DNA of 64,000 bases from an uncultured Chloroflexia bacterium (GTDB taxonomy: Bacteria > Chloroflexota > Limnocylindria > Limnocylindrales > CSP1-4), in assembly GCA_963713075.1 (NCBI GenBank), contig CAVQKO010000004.1:943-64942 (forward strand), given 5' to 3'. The stretch's first letter is position 1; every line of letters begins with the position of its first letter. A program made the translations under genes and the position numbers. The notes beneath the pieces are model-generated. The model saw only the letters and a list, made by a program, of their open reading frames with translations. It made no database searches and had not been told where the DNA came from. Shown piece after piece: positions 31,217 through 41,235 of the stretch.

Positions 31217-32662
31217 TCAGGCGCCCGCCCGCGGCGGCGGGATCGGCACGGCGGGCAGGAAGACCGTGACCCGGGCCCCGGTCGGCGCCAGGTTCTCGGC
31301 GCGCACGCTGCCGCCGTGGGCCTCCGCGAAGGCGCGCACGATCGCGAGGCCCAGGCCGGAGCCGCCGCCCGCGCGCGCCGGGTCGGCGCGATAGAAGCGG
31401 TCGAACACGCGGTCGAGCTCACCCGGCGGGAAGCCCGGGCCGTCGTCGCTCACCCGGAGCGCCACCCACGCGGGCGCTGCGGCCGGGCCTCCCCCGGGCG
31501 GGGGCGGCACGAGCACCGAGCGCGCCTCGACCAGGACATGGCCACCGGGCCCGACAAAGCCCAGGGCGTTGGCCACCAGGTTGCCCAAGATGCGCTCGAC
31601 GGCGGTCCGGTCCGCCACCAGCGCAAGCCCGGGGTCCGCCGCTGACGTCACCTCGGCGCCGGCGGAAGCCGCCTGCTGGCTGAACCGCTCGGCCGCGCCG
31701 GCGACGGCGGCAGGCGGGTCGATCGCCTCGGGCCGGATGCCCACCCGGCCTGCCCGCAGCTCGTCGAGCGAGCGGAGGTCGTCCACCAGGCGCTCCATGC
31801 GCGCGGCCTCCTGGGCGATGGCCTCGCCGGCCCGTGCGATACCCGGGCCCGCCGCGGTGCCGTCGCGGAGCGCCTCGGCGAACCCGCCCACGACCGTGAG
31901 CGGCGTCCGGAGGTCGTGGCGGACGCTCGCGAGCAGGTCACGCTCCTCGGCCCGCACCCGCTCGAGCTCGGCGGTGGTCGCGTTGAAGCGGTCGGTGAGG
32001 GCGCGCACCTCGCGCGGGCCCTCCGAGGGCACGGGCGCGGCCGGGGCTGCCGGGAGGGCGGAGGTTGCCTCGGCCAGCCGCCGGAGCGGCCGGGTGATCG
32101 AGCGCGACAGCGCCCACGCGACCGGCACGGCCACCAGCGCCGTGATGAGCACGACGAGCGGCATGACCCGGAGCAGGTCGCGCAGCGCATCGGCGCCCGA
32201 GGTGTCGATCTGGGTGAGCAGGATGCCGATCGGCCCAAGGACGGCACCGGCCGTGCGCACGCTGGTGACGGAGGTCAGCACCCGCGCGCCGCCAGCTCCA
32301 GCCAGCTCGCCGCCCGTCGTCTGGCCCGGCACGAGGCTCGTGTCGACCGTGACCGACGAGACGTCCACTGATACCGGCGACTGCCGGACGGCCACGACGC
32401 GGCTGCCCACCACGAGGTACACGCCGACCTCGCTGCGGATCGACGGGGCGGCGGCGTTGAGCTCCTGCTGGAGCTCGGGCACGGCCCCGGCCAGCCGCAC
32501 CCGCGCCGCGATCGGCTGCGCGATGTCGCCGAGCGCCGAGAGCGCCTCATCGCGGTGCAGGTCGCGCAGGCTCACGAACAGCCCGGCCCCGACCGCCAGG
32601 GCCACCACGAGCCCGACCGCGATGAACGCCGCAGCGATCCGGGACGCGACGCGGTCAGGCAT
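31217..32662 (-). CDS. Sensor histidine kinase
   Basis: Two TM helices flank a periplasmic loop. HAMP, H-box [11 protein letters not shown], and G boxes ([30 protein letters not shown]). The start overlaps the response-regulator stop. Confidence 0.85.
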   Translation of the reverse strand: MPDRVASRIAAAFIAVGLVVALAVGAGLFVSLRDLHRDEALSALGDIAQPIAARVRLAGAVPELQQELNAAAPSIRSEVGVYLVVGSRVVAVRQSPVSVDVSSVTVDTSLVPGQTTGGELAGAGGARVLTSVTSVRTAGAVLGPIGILLTQIDTSGADALRDLLRVMPLVVLITALVAVPVAWALSRSITRPLRRLAEATSALPAAPAAPVPSEGPREVRALTDRFNATTAELERVRAEERDLLASVRHDLRTPLTVVGGFAEALRDGTAAGPGIARAGEAIAQEAARMERLVDDLRSLDELRAGRVGIRPEAIDPPAAVAGAAERFSQQAASAGAEVTSAADPGLALVADRTAVERILGNLVANALGFVGPGGHVLVEARSVLVPPPPGGGPAAAPAWVALRVSDDGPGFPPGELDRVFDRFYRADPARAGGGSGLGLAIVRAFAEAHGGSVRAENLAPTGARVTVFLPAVPIPPPRAGA

Positions 32663-33329
32663 CGGCGATCAGGCGGTAGCCCACGCCGCGCACCAATTCG
32701 ATGACCGGGCCGTCCGCGCCCAGCTTCTTGCGCAGCTCGGATACGTGCACGTCCACCGTGCGCGTCTCGCCCGGGAAGTCGGTGCCCCAGACGTCCTCGA
32801 GCAGCGACTCGCGGGACAGCACGACGCCCGGGTCGCGGGCGAGGGCCGCGAGGAGGTCGAACTCGCGCGACCGGAGCTCGAGCGCCTCGCCCCGCACCGT
32901 GGCCTCGCGTCGGCGCGGGTCGAGGCGCAGCGAGCCGGCCTCGATGGGCCGGCCGAGCCGGACGGTGCCGTCGGTCCGGCGCAGGATCGCCTTGACGCGG
33001 GCGACCAGCGAGCGCGGGTTGAACGGCTTGGTGACGTAGTCGTCGGCGCCCAGCTCGAGGCCCACGATGGCGTCCACGTCGTCGGTGCGCGCGGTCAGCA
33101 TCAGGACCGGCGTGTCGGCGACCCGGCGGATGGCGCGGCACACCTCGAAGCCGTCGAGCCCGGGCAGCATCAGGTCGAGCACCACGAGGTCGGGGTGCTC
33201 GGCCTTGTGGAGCTCCACCGCCGTCGGGCCGTCGGCGGCCGAGATCGTGGCGAACCCGGCCCCCTCGAGGTACATCCGGAGCAGGTCCACGATGTTGGGG
33301 TTGTCGTCCACGACTAGGATCGTCTTCAT
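32655..33329 (-). CDS. OmpR-family response regulator
   Basis: ATG at 33329. [17 protein letters not shown] ... [12 protein letters not shown] ... [10 protein letters not shown] ... LVRGVGYRL. Confidence 0.85.
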   Translation of the reverse strand: MKTILVVDDNPNIVDLLRMYLEGAGFATISAADGPTAVELHKAEHPDLVVLDLMLPGLDGFEVCRAIRRVADTPVLMLTARTDDVDAIVGLELGADDYVTKPFNPRSLVARVKAILRRTDGTVRLGRPIEAGSLRLDPRRREATVRGEALELRSREFDLLAALARDPGVVLSRESLLEDVWGTDFPGETRTVDVHVSELRKKLGADGPVIELVRGVGYRLIADA

Positions 33330-33403
33330 CGTCGGCGAGTCTACGCGCGGGACGCCCGCCGGCTGCATGCCGACGGGCGCCGTCTGGGGGTGGGCCGGTC
33401 GAG

Positions 33404-34192
33404 CTACTTCAGCGAGGCGACGGCCGCACGCGCCTCGGCCACCGCGCGGGCGAGGTCGTCGCGGGCGGACACGAGCGCCCCGCGGTCGGCGTTCAGGACC
33501 GGCGTGGCCGACCCGGCGTTCCACTGGGCCGGGGTGAGCGGCAGCACCTTGGCGGCCTGGCCGGCGACCGCGTCGTCCGCGGCGCCGATCGCCGACTGCA
33601 TGGCCGCGAGGTGGCCGGCGGCGGCCGACTCATCCTTGCCGGCGGCCTGACCGGCGGCGATGGCCGAGCTGATGTCGCCGGCGACCGTCGTGAGCTGGCC
33701 GGCGGCGGCGCTCACGATGTCGTCGCCGGACACGAGCGCGACCTGGCGAGCGACGAGCACGTAGACGCGGGAAGCGGTGAACACGGCATGGACGTCGGCG
33801 GTCGCCGCGGCGAGCGTGGTGTCGCCGTCGATCTTGGCCTTCTGGGCGACGAGCCCGTCATGGGACCCGTCGAGCAGCGTGTTGAGCCCGTTCCGGTCGG
33901 ACGAGGTCAGCGCCTTGGTGGACGCGACCCGGGACTTGAGGCTGGCGATCGTGGTGAGGCGCCGGGAGACCTCGCAGTCGCCCGCGGCCTTCACGGTCTT
34001 GACCGAGCGCGACTGCTTCACGGCGATCCACTGCGTGTCGCACAGCACAGCCGTGGCGGCGTCGGCCGGGGCCGCCGCGGGAGCCGCGGGAACGGACGAG
34101 GCCATGGCCGGTGCCGCGATGGCGAGGGCGAGCACGACGCTCGCTGCGCCGCTGGCGAGGTGCTTGGGGCTGATGCGGTCCGTGACGTTCAC
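33404..34192 (-). CDS. Secreted hypothetical protein (signal peptide), Ala-rich
   Basis: GTG at 34192 is preceded by AAGGGAG and overlaps the upstream lipoprotein stop (GTGA). Signal peptide ASGAASVVLALAIAAPAMASS. Confidence 0.55.
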   Translation of the reverse strand: MNVTDRISPKHLASGAASVVLALAIAAPAMASSVPAAPAAAPADAATAVLCDTQWIAVKQSRSVKTVKAAGDCEVSRRLTTIASLKSRVASTKALTSSDRNGLNTLLDGSHDGLVAQKAKIDGDTTLAAATADVHAVFTASRVYVLVARQVALVSGDDIVSAAAGQLTTVAGDISSAIAAGQAAGKDESAAAGHLAAMQSAIGAADDAVAGQAAKVLPLTPAQWNAGSATPVLNADRGALVSARDDLARAVAEARAAVASLK

Positions 34193-34593
34193 CTGGGGCT
34201 CCCTTCGGACTTGGGCGCGCTCGCGTCGTTCAAGAGCGCCTGGCTGATGGACGTGAGGCTGCTGCTGGCTGACGAGATCTCGCGCAGCAGGTCGCTCGCA
34301 GTGGGCGCCGATGGGACGGCCGGCGTCGCGGGCGTGGCTGGCGTGGCGGCCGCGGCCGCAGGCGGGGTGGACGCAGGCGCCGCACTCGGGGTGGACGCCG
34401 GCGCCGCACTGGGCGCAGGCAGGCTGGCGGCTGCGGTGGCGGCCGAGGCGGTGGCGGTGGGCGCGGCGGCAGGCGCCGACGCGGTGGGCAGGGTCGGCGT
34501 GGCCGCTGCCAGGCGGCCGCCGCAGGCGCCCACGGTGAGCGCGATGGCGGCCGCGGCCAGTGCCTGCGCGAGGTGTCGCCGGTGGTGATGCAT
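34189..34593 (-). CDS. Putative lipoprotein with Ala/Pro/Thr/Ser-rich low-complexity region
   Basis: ATG at 34593 is preceded by GGGAGAAGG. Signal peptide with lipobox (ALAAAAIALTVGAC), then an (A/P/T/S)n region. Confidence 0.5.
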   Translation of the reverse strand: MHHHRRHLAQALAAAAIALTVGACGGRLAAATPTLPTASAPAAAPTATASAATAAASLPAPSAAPASTPSAAPASTPPAAAAATPATPATPAVPSAPTASDLLREISSASSSLTSISQALLNDASAPKSEGSPR

Positions 34594-34979
34594 CGCTTGT
34601 GCTGCCTTCTCCCTGTCGCGGCGCTCCGGGCGGTGGCGCCTTGAGGCATCCTCGCGGTGGCGGCTCGGCGGCTCCACCATCGCGGCGGCAGCGGATGTAA
34701 GGCCCGTGTAAAGCGACGGTGCCGGGCGCGCACCACGGCAGCATCGGCGGCACGCGTGGAGCTCCCGGCGTGCTCATGGCCCGCCGTTCCGGGCCGCGAG
34801 CCGGGCGCTGCCGCGGCGGAGGCCCGGCCCTGCCCCGCAGGGCGTGACGCGCCCGCTCGCGGGCCACGGGCCGCGCGGATCGGCCGACGGCTGGCTACCG
34901 GCCCCGAGGGCGCAGGCGCGCGGGGATCGACGCGGAGGGTGCGTCATCGCGCGGTGCCATGGCGCCCGCTGCCGGGCGG

Positions 34980-35243
34980 TCAGCCGCCGGACACCGCCAG
35001 CACCACGTCGACCGTCGAGGCGGCCGCCACGGGCGAGCCGAGCCGGGCGGCCTCGCCGTCGACGAACACCTTGATGTGGTCTCGGATCTCCGGGCCTGCG
35101 GTGAGCAGCCGGTCGTGCATGCCCGGCACGCGCTCGTCGAGGGCGGCCAGCACCTCGCGAACCGTGGCGCCGGGCAGCGCCATGCGGCGCGGCGTGCCCG
35201 GGAACAGCGTCACGAGCGCGCCCGGCAGCCGGACCTCGGCCAT
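34980..35243 (-). CDS. MoaD/ThiS-family small sulfur-carrier-like protein (C-terminal Gly-Gly)
   Basis: 87 aa ending ...VDVVLAVSGG, with a beta-grasp pattern. ATG at 35243, 18 nt after the BNR protein stop. Confidence 0.65.
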   Translation of the reverse strand: MAEVRLPGALVTLFPGTPRRMALPGATVREVLAALDERVPGMHDRLLTAGPEIRDHIKVFVDGEAARLGSPVAAASTVDVVLAVSGG

Positions 35244-35262
35244 GTCGTCCGCCTGCCGCCCG

Positions 35263-36336
35263 CTAGTCCGCGACCACCGCGACGTCCACCGACGCGATCG
35301 CCGGCAGGTACGACGCGATCTCGCTCCAGCTCTCGCCCTCGTCGGCCGACGCGAACAGCTGGCCCGACTGGGCGCCGAAGTAGACGCCGGGCCGGTCGAG
35401 CGAGTCCACCGCCATCGCCTGGCGCAGCACCGACAGCCACGCGTTGTCCTGCGGCAGCCCGCTCGACAGGCGCTCCCACGAGCCGCCGCCGTCGCGGGTG
35501 CGCCAGACCGCCGCCTTGGCGTCGGGCGTGAAGCGGCCCTTGTCGGGCGTGGTGAGCGGCAGCACCCACGCGGTCTGCGGGTCGCGCGGGTGGACGCCCA
35601 TGACGAAGCCGAACTCCGAGGGCAGACTGCCGGTGATCTCCTGCCAGCTCGCGCCGCCGTCGTCGGAGCGGTACACGCCGCAGTGGTTCTGCTGGTAGAG
35701 CGTCTGGTCGGTGCCGGCCGCCAGCGCGAACTTGTGGACGCAGGACCCCGTCTCCTCCGGCGGGCCGGGGTTGTAGTCCTGGCGCACCCCGTGGTTGCGG
35801 GCGGTCCAGGTGGCCCCGCCGTCGATCGTCTCGAAGACGCCCACCGCGCTCGCGCCCACCCACATGCGGTTCGGGTCGGTCAGGTGCGGGACGATCGTGT
35901 GCAGGATCAGGCCGCCGGCGCCCGGGCCCCACGTGGGCGTGGACGGATGCTCGCGCAGGCCCGAGACATGCCGCCAGGTCGCCCCAGCGTCGTCGCTCCG
36001 GAACAGGCCGGCGGGCTCGACGCCAGCGAACACGGAGCCGTGGGCGGGCATGACGCTCCACAGCTTGGCCAGCTTCGGGCCCTCATCGCCGTACGAGAGC
36101 CCCTCCGAGCTGTGCGTCCACGTCTCGCCCAGGTCGGGCGAGCGGAACACCGCCGAGCCGAACCACGGTGACGTCGCGGCGACGTAGATGGCCTCATCCG
36201 AGGGGCTGTACACCGCATCGCGGACCTCGAAACCGTCGGCGAACGGCCCGCGGAGGCGCCAGTCGCGGCGCGCCTCATCGGAGTCGAGCAGGAACAGGCC
36301 CTTCCTCGTGCCGACCATCAACAGGACGCGGGTCAT
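35263..36336 (-). CDS. BNR/Asp-box repeat (sialidase-like beta-propeller) protein
   Basis: Repeated S.D.G.TW / SxDxGxTW Asp-box motifs (SPDLGETWTH, RSDDAGATWRH, TIDGGATWTA, RSDDGGASWQE, TRDGGGSWER, ASADEGESWSE). Confidence 0.75.
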   Translation of the reverse strand: MTRVLLMVGTRKGLFLLDSDEARRDWRLRGPFADGFEVRDAVYSPSDEAIYVAATSPWFGSAVFRSPDLGETWTHSSEGLSYGDEGPKLAKLWSVMPAHGSVFAGVEPAGLFRSDDAGATWRHVSGLREHPSTPTWGPGAGGLILHTIVPHLTDPNRMWVGASAVGVFETIDGGATWTARNHGVRQDYNPGPPEETGSCVHKFALAAGTDQTLYQQNHCGVYRSDDGGASWQEITGSLPSEFGFVMGVHPRDPQTAWVLPLTTPDKGRFTPDAKAAVWRTRDGGGSWERLSSGLPQDNAWLSVLRQAMAVDSLDRPGVYFGAQSGQLFASADEGESWSEIASYLPAIASVDVAVVAD

Positions 36337-36527
36337 CGGGACCTCCTCAGTGGCGGGTGGCGGACCGCCGGGACGCGGACTGGGGTCTTGGGGGCGTGGC
36401 CGCTTAGGGTAGCCGGGCCGCGCGGATTCGGATAGGTGGGTCCAGCCGCCTTGACGCGGCCGGTGCTTGGTGGTTCGATGCCGCCCCGGCCGGGATGTCC
36501 ACCTGGCCGCAGCTCCGGGGAGGCGCC

Positions 36528-38012
36528 ATGCTCGGGCTCATCGCTGCGGTCGACCCGTGGGTCGAGACCGCGCTCGTCCTGGCGGTCTTCTGGACCCTCT
36601 ACCGGGCCGGCTCGGGCTCGTGGCGCTTCTGGCAGCTCGCCGTGGGCCGCGACGGCCGGTACTCGACCTCGCTGTTCCAGGGCCTGGCGTGGACGGTCGT
36701 CGTGCTCACGAGCTATGTCGTCCTGTGCTTCGCGCGCGCCCACCTCGGACTCGTCGGTGCGCTCGGGGCCGTGCCCGCGAACGTGCTCGCGGCCATGGGC
36801 TGCTCGGTGGGGACCACGGCTGCCGCTGCCGGCATCACTGCGCACCGGGTCCGGACGCGGCGCGACGTCCGCATGCCCTCGGACCGGACGGTCCTGCCCC
36901 AGCTGATCCTCGACGACCTCGGCCGGCCGAGCCTGGCCAAGGCGCAGCTCATGGCCTGGACGGCCGTCGCGCTGGGCATCTACGCGGTGGCCACGATCGA
37001 CGCCGTGGGCAAGACGATGGCGGCTCCGGGTGGCGACGCCCTGCCGCCGCTGCCTGACATCGAGACCACGCTGCTGCTCCTGATGGGCATCGGGCAGGGC
37101 ACGTACCTCGCGGTGAAGGCGCTCTCCGCCCCCGACGCCCCGGGGCTGGCGGCCACCAGCTCGACGGGGTCGATTTCGGCGCCGGCCGGCCAGCCCGGCA
37201 TGCCCACGCCCACGACCCACGTGCCGGCGACGGTCGAGCCCGCCTCCGGGCCCGCCGTGGACGCCGCGGTGGCCGTCGCGGCGGCGAACCCGGGCTCGGT
37301 GCGGGTGCCCGGCTTCCTGCCCAGCGCGAACGGCCTGCACTTCGTCAACGCGTGGCCCCACGAGCCCGACCTCACCCTCTCGCTCCCGGGCGTCGGAACG
37401 CTGCCCATCGGCGACGCGAGCAACGGGCTGTGCGGCGGAATGGTGTACACGGTCCGCGACGTGTTCCAGACGCCCGGCATGGCTCCCCTGGCGGCCACGG
37501 ACAACCCGCTGCCGGGCTCGACGCTGTACCGCTACATCGTCACGCGGCTGCTCGAGTCGTTCGACGTGGGCCACCTCGGCTTCGCCCGCTACTACGAGTG
37601 GATGCTCACCCCGGACGCCGACGCACCACTCGGCCCGCTGCTCACCAGGCACGGCCTCGCCTGGAAGACCATCGTGGAGGAGTGGGCGACCCGGATCCGC
37701 CCCGAGCTCGACGCGGGCCGGCTCGTCTGCCTCGGGCTCGTCACCGTCGCGGGCCGCGACCCCGGTCAGCTCGGGCAGAACCACCAGGTGATGGCCTACG
37801 GCTACGACCTCGCCGCCGACGGCACGCTCACCCTGCACCTCTACGACCCCAACACGCCGCCCGCGCAGGCCGACGATGTCCGGATCACGCTCTCAGTGCT
37901 CGAGCCGCGGCACGTCACGCCCATCACCCACAACGTGGGGATCGGCCACCCCGTCCGCGGCTTCTTCCACACGCCGTACACGTATCACGACCCGCGGCCG
38001 CAACTGGCCTGA
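36528..38012 (+). CDS. Membrane protein with N-terminal polytopic domain and C-terminal conserved soluble domain carrying Cys and His candidates (possible papain-like fold)
   Basis: ATG at 36528 preceded by GGGGAGG; ATG 36495 is an alternative. About five TM helices, a PT-rich linker, then a roughly 260-aa domain with NGLCGGMVYTVRD and NHQVMAYGYD. Confidence 0.6.
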   Translation: MLGLIAAVDPWVETALVLAVFWTLYRAGSGSWRFWQLAVGRDGRYSTSLFQGLAWTVVVLTSYVVLCFARAHLGLVGALGAVPANVLAAMGCSVGTTAAAAGITAHRVRTRRDVRMPSDRTVLPQLILDDLGRPSLAKAQLMAWTAVALGIYAVATIDAVGKTMAAPGGDALPPLPDIETTLLLLMGIGQGTYLAVKALSAPDAPGLAATSSTGSISAPAGQPGMPTPTTHVPATVEPASGPAVDAAVAVAAANPGSVRVPGFLPSANGLHFVNAWPHEPDLTLSLPGVGTLPIGDASNGLCGGMVYTVRDVFQTPGMAPLAATDNPLPGSTLYRYIVTRLLESFDVGHLGFARYYEWMLTPDADAPLGPLLTRHGLAWKTIVEEWATRIRPELDAGRLVCLGLVTVAGRDPGQLGQNHQVMAYGYDLAADGTLTLHLYDPNTPPAQADDVRITLSVLEPRHVTPITHNVGIGHPVRGFFHTPYTYHDPRPQLA

Positions 38013-38136
38013 CCTCGGGAACTGGCGCCGCGACCGGGCCGGCCGGGAGGCGACCGCGGCGGCCTTCGCGCGGGCGGGGGCGAAGCAACCCGCGGGGCGG
38101 GTCGCGGCAGCGGCCGCGCGGGGCGGCAGGCCCAAG

Positions 38137-38253
38137 TGTCCCCCCGGAGGGCAGTGAGTGCGTCGCCCCGCCTGGACCCGGCCGCGGCCGAACCGGGGGC
38201 GGCAGGCTCAGATGTCCCCCCGGAGGGCAGTGAGTGCGTCGCCCCGCCTGGAC
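38137..38253. repeat. Two perfect 41-bp direct repeats (TGTCCCCCCGGAGGGCAGTGAGTGCGTCGCCCCGCCTGGAC) with a 35-bp spacer, plus a partial third copy (ATGTCCCCC) at about 38263
   Basis: Copy 1 at 38137-38177 and copy 2 at 38213-38253 are identical by inspection. They sit in a convergent intergenic region. Confidence 0.7.
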
Positions 38254-38413
38254 TCCGCCAAATGTCCCCCACCGGGACGTTAGCGCCGCGAAGGTTGCGG
38301 AATGGACCAGTTGGCGCCTGATCGTGCGGAGCCGGACCCGCCTAAGGATCTTCCGGAGGACATCTGGCGGTTCGCTGGTTCGCGGTGGCCCGGCAGCCGA
38401 ACGACCGGCTCGG

Positions 38414-38489
38414 GCGCGACGCCTGCGTCCGGCAAGACGCCTGCGTCCGGCGCGACGCCTGCGTCCGGCGCGGCGCCTGCGTCCGACCC
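38414..38489. repeat. Tandem repeat, 18-bp unit x4 (GACGCCTGCGTCCGGCNN)
   Basis: Seen directly at 38418-38489. In the plus frame it would encode (ATPASG)n inside a weak 87-codon ORF at 38302..38565. Confidence 0.65.
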
Positions 38490-38646
38490 GCGGGCGGATC
38501 CCGCCAAGCCGGAGGCGCACGGACTGCCGGCCGGCGGGCACGGGGTGGCCGCCGCGCGACGTTGAACCGCGCGAGGCGGGCGGCCCGGAGCCGACTGGCC
38601 AGCGACTGGCCAGCGCCGCTGGCCGACGCCGCTCGCCTCGCAGGAG

Positions 38647-41235
38647 TCAGTGGATCGCAGCCGCGCCCTCGAGGCCCTCGAACGTGATCGCGCCCTCCGC
38701 CGGGCAGACGTATTGGCACAGCATGCAGCCGACGCAGTAGTCGGGATCCACCTCGAGGCGTGAGGTCCCGTTGGCGCCCTCCTTGCGGATCGCCTGGTGC
38801 GCCCCGTCGTTGCACGCGGCGTAGCACAAGTTGCAGTGGATGCACTTCTCCTGGTCGATCTTGGCCAGCAGGCGCCACTCCTGGTCCAGGTGCCCCCAGT
38901 CGGTGATGCCCGGCAGCCCCTTGCCCACGAGCTGGCTCGGGCTGGTCAGGCCCTTCGAGCGCAGGTAGGTCGACAGCCCGTCCACGAGGTCGTCCGCGAG
39001 GCGGAACCCGTAGTGCATCACGCTCGTGCCCACCTGGACCGTGGTGGCTCCGAGGAGCAGGAAGTCGACCGCGTCACGCCAGGTCTCGATGCCGCCGATG
39101 CCGGAGACCGGGATGCCGACCTCGGGGTCGGCGGCCACCTGCGAGAGCATGTTGAGCGCGATGGGCTTGACCGCGGGCCCGGCGTAGCCGCCGTGCGAGC
39201 CCTTGCCGCGGACGTCCGGGACCGGCGCCCAGGTGTCGAGGTCCACGCCGATGAGCGAGCTGATGGTGTTGATCAGCGCGATGCCGTCGGCGTTCGCGCG
39301 CCGCGCCGCCCGGGCCGGGTAGCGGATGTCGGTGACGTTGGGCGTGAGCTTGACCAAGACGGGCATCTCGGCCTTCTCCATCACCCACTCGGTGATCATC
39401 TGGACGTAGTCGGGGACCTGGCCCACAGCCGCGCCCATGCCCCGCTCGCTCATCCCGTGCGGGCAGCCGAAGTTCAGCTCGTAGCCGTCGGCCCCGGTGT
39501 CGTTGCACTTGGCCAGGATCTCGTGCCAGGCCTCGCGCTGCGCCTCGACCATGAGGCTGATCACCACGGCATGGCCGGGGTACCGCTTCTTGACCTCGCG
39601 GATCTCCGCGATGTTCACGTCCGTGGGGCGGTCGCTGATCAGCTCGATGTTGTTGATGCCGACGATCTTCTTGCCGCCGTACTCGAACGTGCCGAGCCGC
39701 GCGGTGACGTTGCGGATCGGGTCGCCGATGGTCTTCCAGACGGCCCCGCCCCAGCCCGCGTCGAACGCGCGCGACACCATGTCGGCGTTGTTGCTGATGG
39801 GGCAACTGGCCAGCCAGAACGGATTGGGGCTCCTGATGCCCGCGAGGTCGACCGAGAGGTCGACCCCCGGCACTGTCGAGTCCACGGCCCGGCGGACCGG
39901 CTCGATCCGCGTGCGCAGGCCGAGGGCGTCGATGATCGAGCGCGCCGCGAGCTTGCCCGCCTGGACGGCGTGGACCACCTCCTTGCCGCCCGACGCGATG
40001 TCGCCGATCGCCCACACCCTGGGATTGGTCGTCCGCCCGGTGGCGGGGTCAGCCACGGCGGCCCCGTCGCGGACGGGCACGCCCAGCATGGCCAGCACGC
40101 CGTCCGCGGCGTCCGGCCGGTCCTGGCCGACGGCGCGCACGAGCGTGTCGAGCTCCACCTCGAACATCGAGCCCGGCACGGGCTCCGGTCGCGGGCGTCC
40201 CGACGCGTCCGGCGCACCGGGCCGCATGGTGACGAAGGTGGCGCCCGTCACGCGCTCCCCGCCCTGGACCTCGACGGGGGCCGTGTGCCACCGGATCACG
40301 ACGCCCAGCTGGCGGGCGAGGTCGATCGCATGCGGGTACGCGGGGCTCTCCCCGATCCCTCGGCGGTAGAACAGCGTGACCTCTTCGGCGCCCAGGCGGA
40401 CCGCCGCCGCGGCGGCGTCGAACGCGGTCGACCCGCCGCCCACGACACCGACCCGCCGCCCGACCACGGGCGCCGCACCGGGCTCGGGGTCGATGGCGGC
40501 CCGGATCACGACCAGCGCGTCGACAACGCCCGGCAGCGCCTCGCCGGCGATCCCGAGCGGGCGTGCCCGCCCCAGGCCCGCCGCCAGCACCAGCGCGTCG
40601 CTGGCCGCGAGCAGCTCGGCCGCGTCCACGTCCCGGCCCACCGTGGTGCCGAGCGCGAGCGTCGCGCCCGCGCGCTCGACCTCGGCCGCCTCCAGCGCCA
40701 CGCTGCCGCGCGCCATGCGCCAGGGCACGATCCCGTGGTCAGCGAGGCCGCCGGCGCGCGGCGCATCGTCGTACAGCGTCACGGCAACGCCCGCCTTGCG
40801 CAGCTCGGCGGCGCAGGCCAGGCCCGCCGGGCCGGCGCCCACGATCGCCGCCGAGACGCCCGTCTCTGCGCCGGGCGTGAAGAACGCCTCGCCCATGGCC
40901 CCGAGCGCCTCGACGGCGCCCTGCTGCAGCCGGCCGATTGCGATGGGCCGGTCCAGCTCGATGCGCACGCACGCGCCCTCGCACAGGCGCTCCACCGGGC
41001 AGACAGCGCCGCAGGTGGCGCCGAGCGGGTTGGCGGCCAGGATCGTCCGGGCCGCGCCCGCGACGTTGCCGCTGGCGATCTTGCGGATGAAGCCCGGCAC
41101 GTCGATCTCGCTCGGGCAGGCGTGGGCGCAGGGGGCGTCGAAGCAGTAGAGGCAGCGCTCGGCCTCGGTCCGTGCGGCGGCAGCGGTGAGCGGCGGCACG
41201 CGGCGGAACGGGTCGATCGGGGCGACGGTCATCAT
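38647..41235 (-). CDS. Dihydropyrimidine dehydrogenase, fused PreT-like (NAD(P)H/FAD, GltD-like) and PreA-like (FMN/4Fe-4S, DHODH-like) domains
   Basis: N-terminal Fe-S Cys motifs (CLYCFDAPCAHACP, CGAVCPVERLCEGAC), Rossmann AIVGAGPAGLACA and VGVVGGGSTAFD, a DHODH-like barrel (NFGCPHGMSERGMG), and C-terminal ferredoxin Cys clusters (CIHCNLCYAACN, CVGCMLCQYVCP). Confidence 0.85.
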   Translation of the reverse strand: MMTVAPIDPFRRVPPLTAAAARTEAERCLYCFDAPCAHACPSEIDVPGFIRKIASGNVAGAARTILAANPLGATCGAVCPVERLCEGACVRIELDRPIAIGRLQQGAVEALGAMGEAFFTPGAETGVSAAIVGAGPAGLACAAELRKAGVAVTLYDDAPRAGGLADHGIVPWRMARGSVALEAAEVERAGATLALGTTVGRDVDAAELLAASDALVLAAGLGRARPLGIAGEALPGVVDALVVIRAAIDPEPGAAPVVGRRVGVVGGGSTAFDAAAAAVRLGAEEVTLFYRRGIGESPAYPHAIDLARQLGVVIRWHTAPVEVQGGERVTGATFVTMRPGAPDASGRPRPEPVPGSMFEVELDTLVRAVGQDRPDAADGVLAMLGVPVRDGAAVADPATGRTTNPRVWAIGDIASGGKEVVHAVQAGKLAARSIIDALGLRTRIEPVRRAVDSTVPGVDLSVDLAGIRSPNPFWLASCPISNNADMVSRAFDAGWGGAVWKTIGDPIRNVTARLGTFEYGGKKIVGINNIELISDRPTDVNIAEIREVKKRYPGHAVVISLMVEAQREAWHEILAKCNDTGADGYELNFGCPHGMSERGMGAAVGQVPDYVQMITEWVMEKAEMPVLVKLTPNVTDIRYPARAARRANADGIALINTISSLIGVDLDTWAPVPDVRGKGSHGGYAGPAVKPIALNMLSQVAADPEVGIPVSGIGGIETWRDAVDFLLLGATTVQVGTSVMHYGFRLADDLVDGLSTYLRSKGLTSPSQLVGKGLPGITDWGHLDQEWRLLAKIDQEKCIHCNLCYAACNDGAHQAIRKEGANGTSRLEVDPDYCVGCMLCQYVCPAEGAITFEGLEGAAAIH

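Noticed and set aside
38302-38565. 87-codon ORF spanning the 18-bp tandem repeat as a protein-coding gene
   Set aside because: Third-position GC is lower than in neighbouring genes, and the ORF sits among repeat DNA. It is kept only as a note under the repeat finding.
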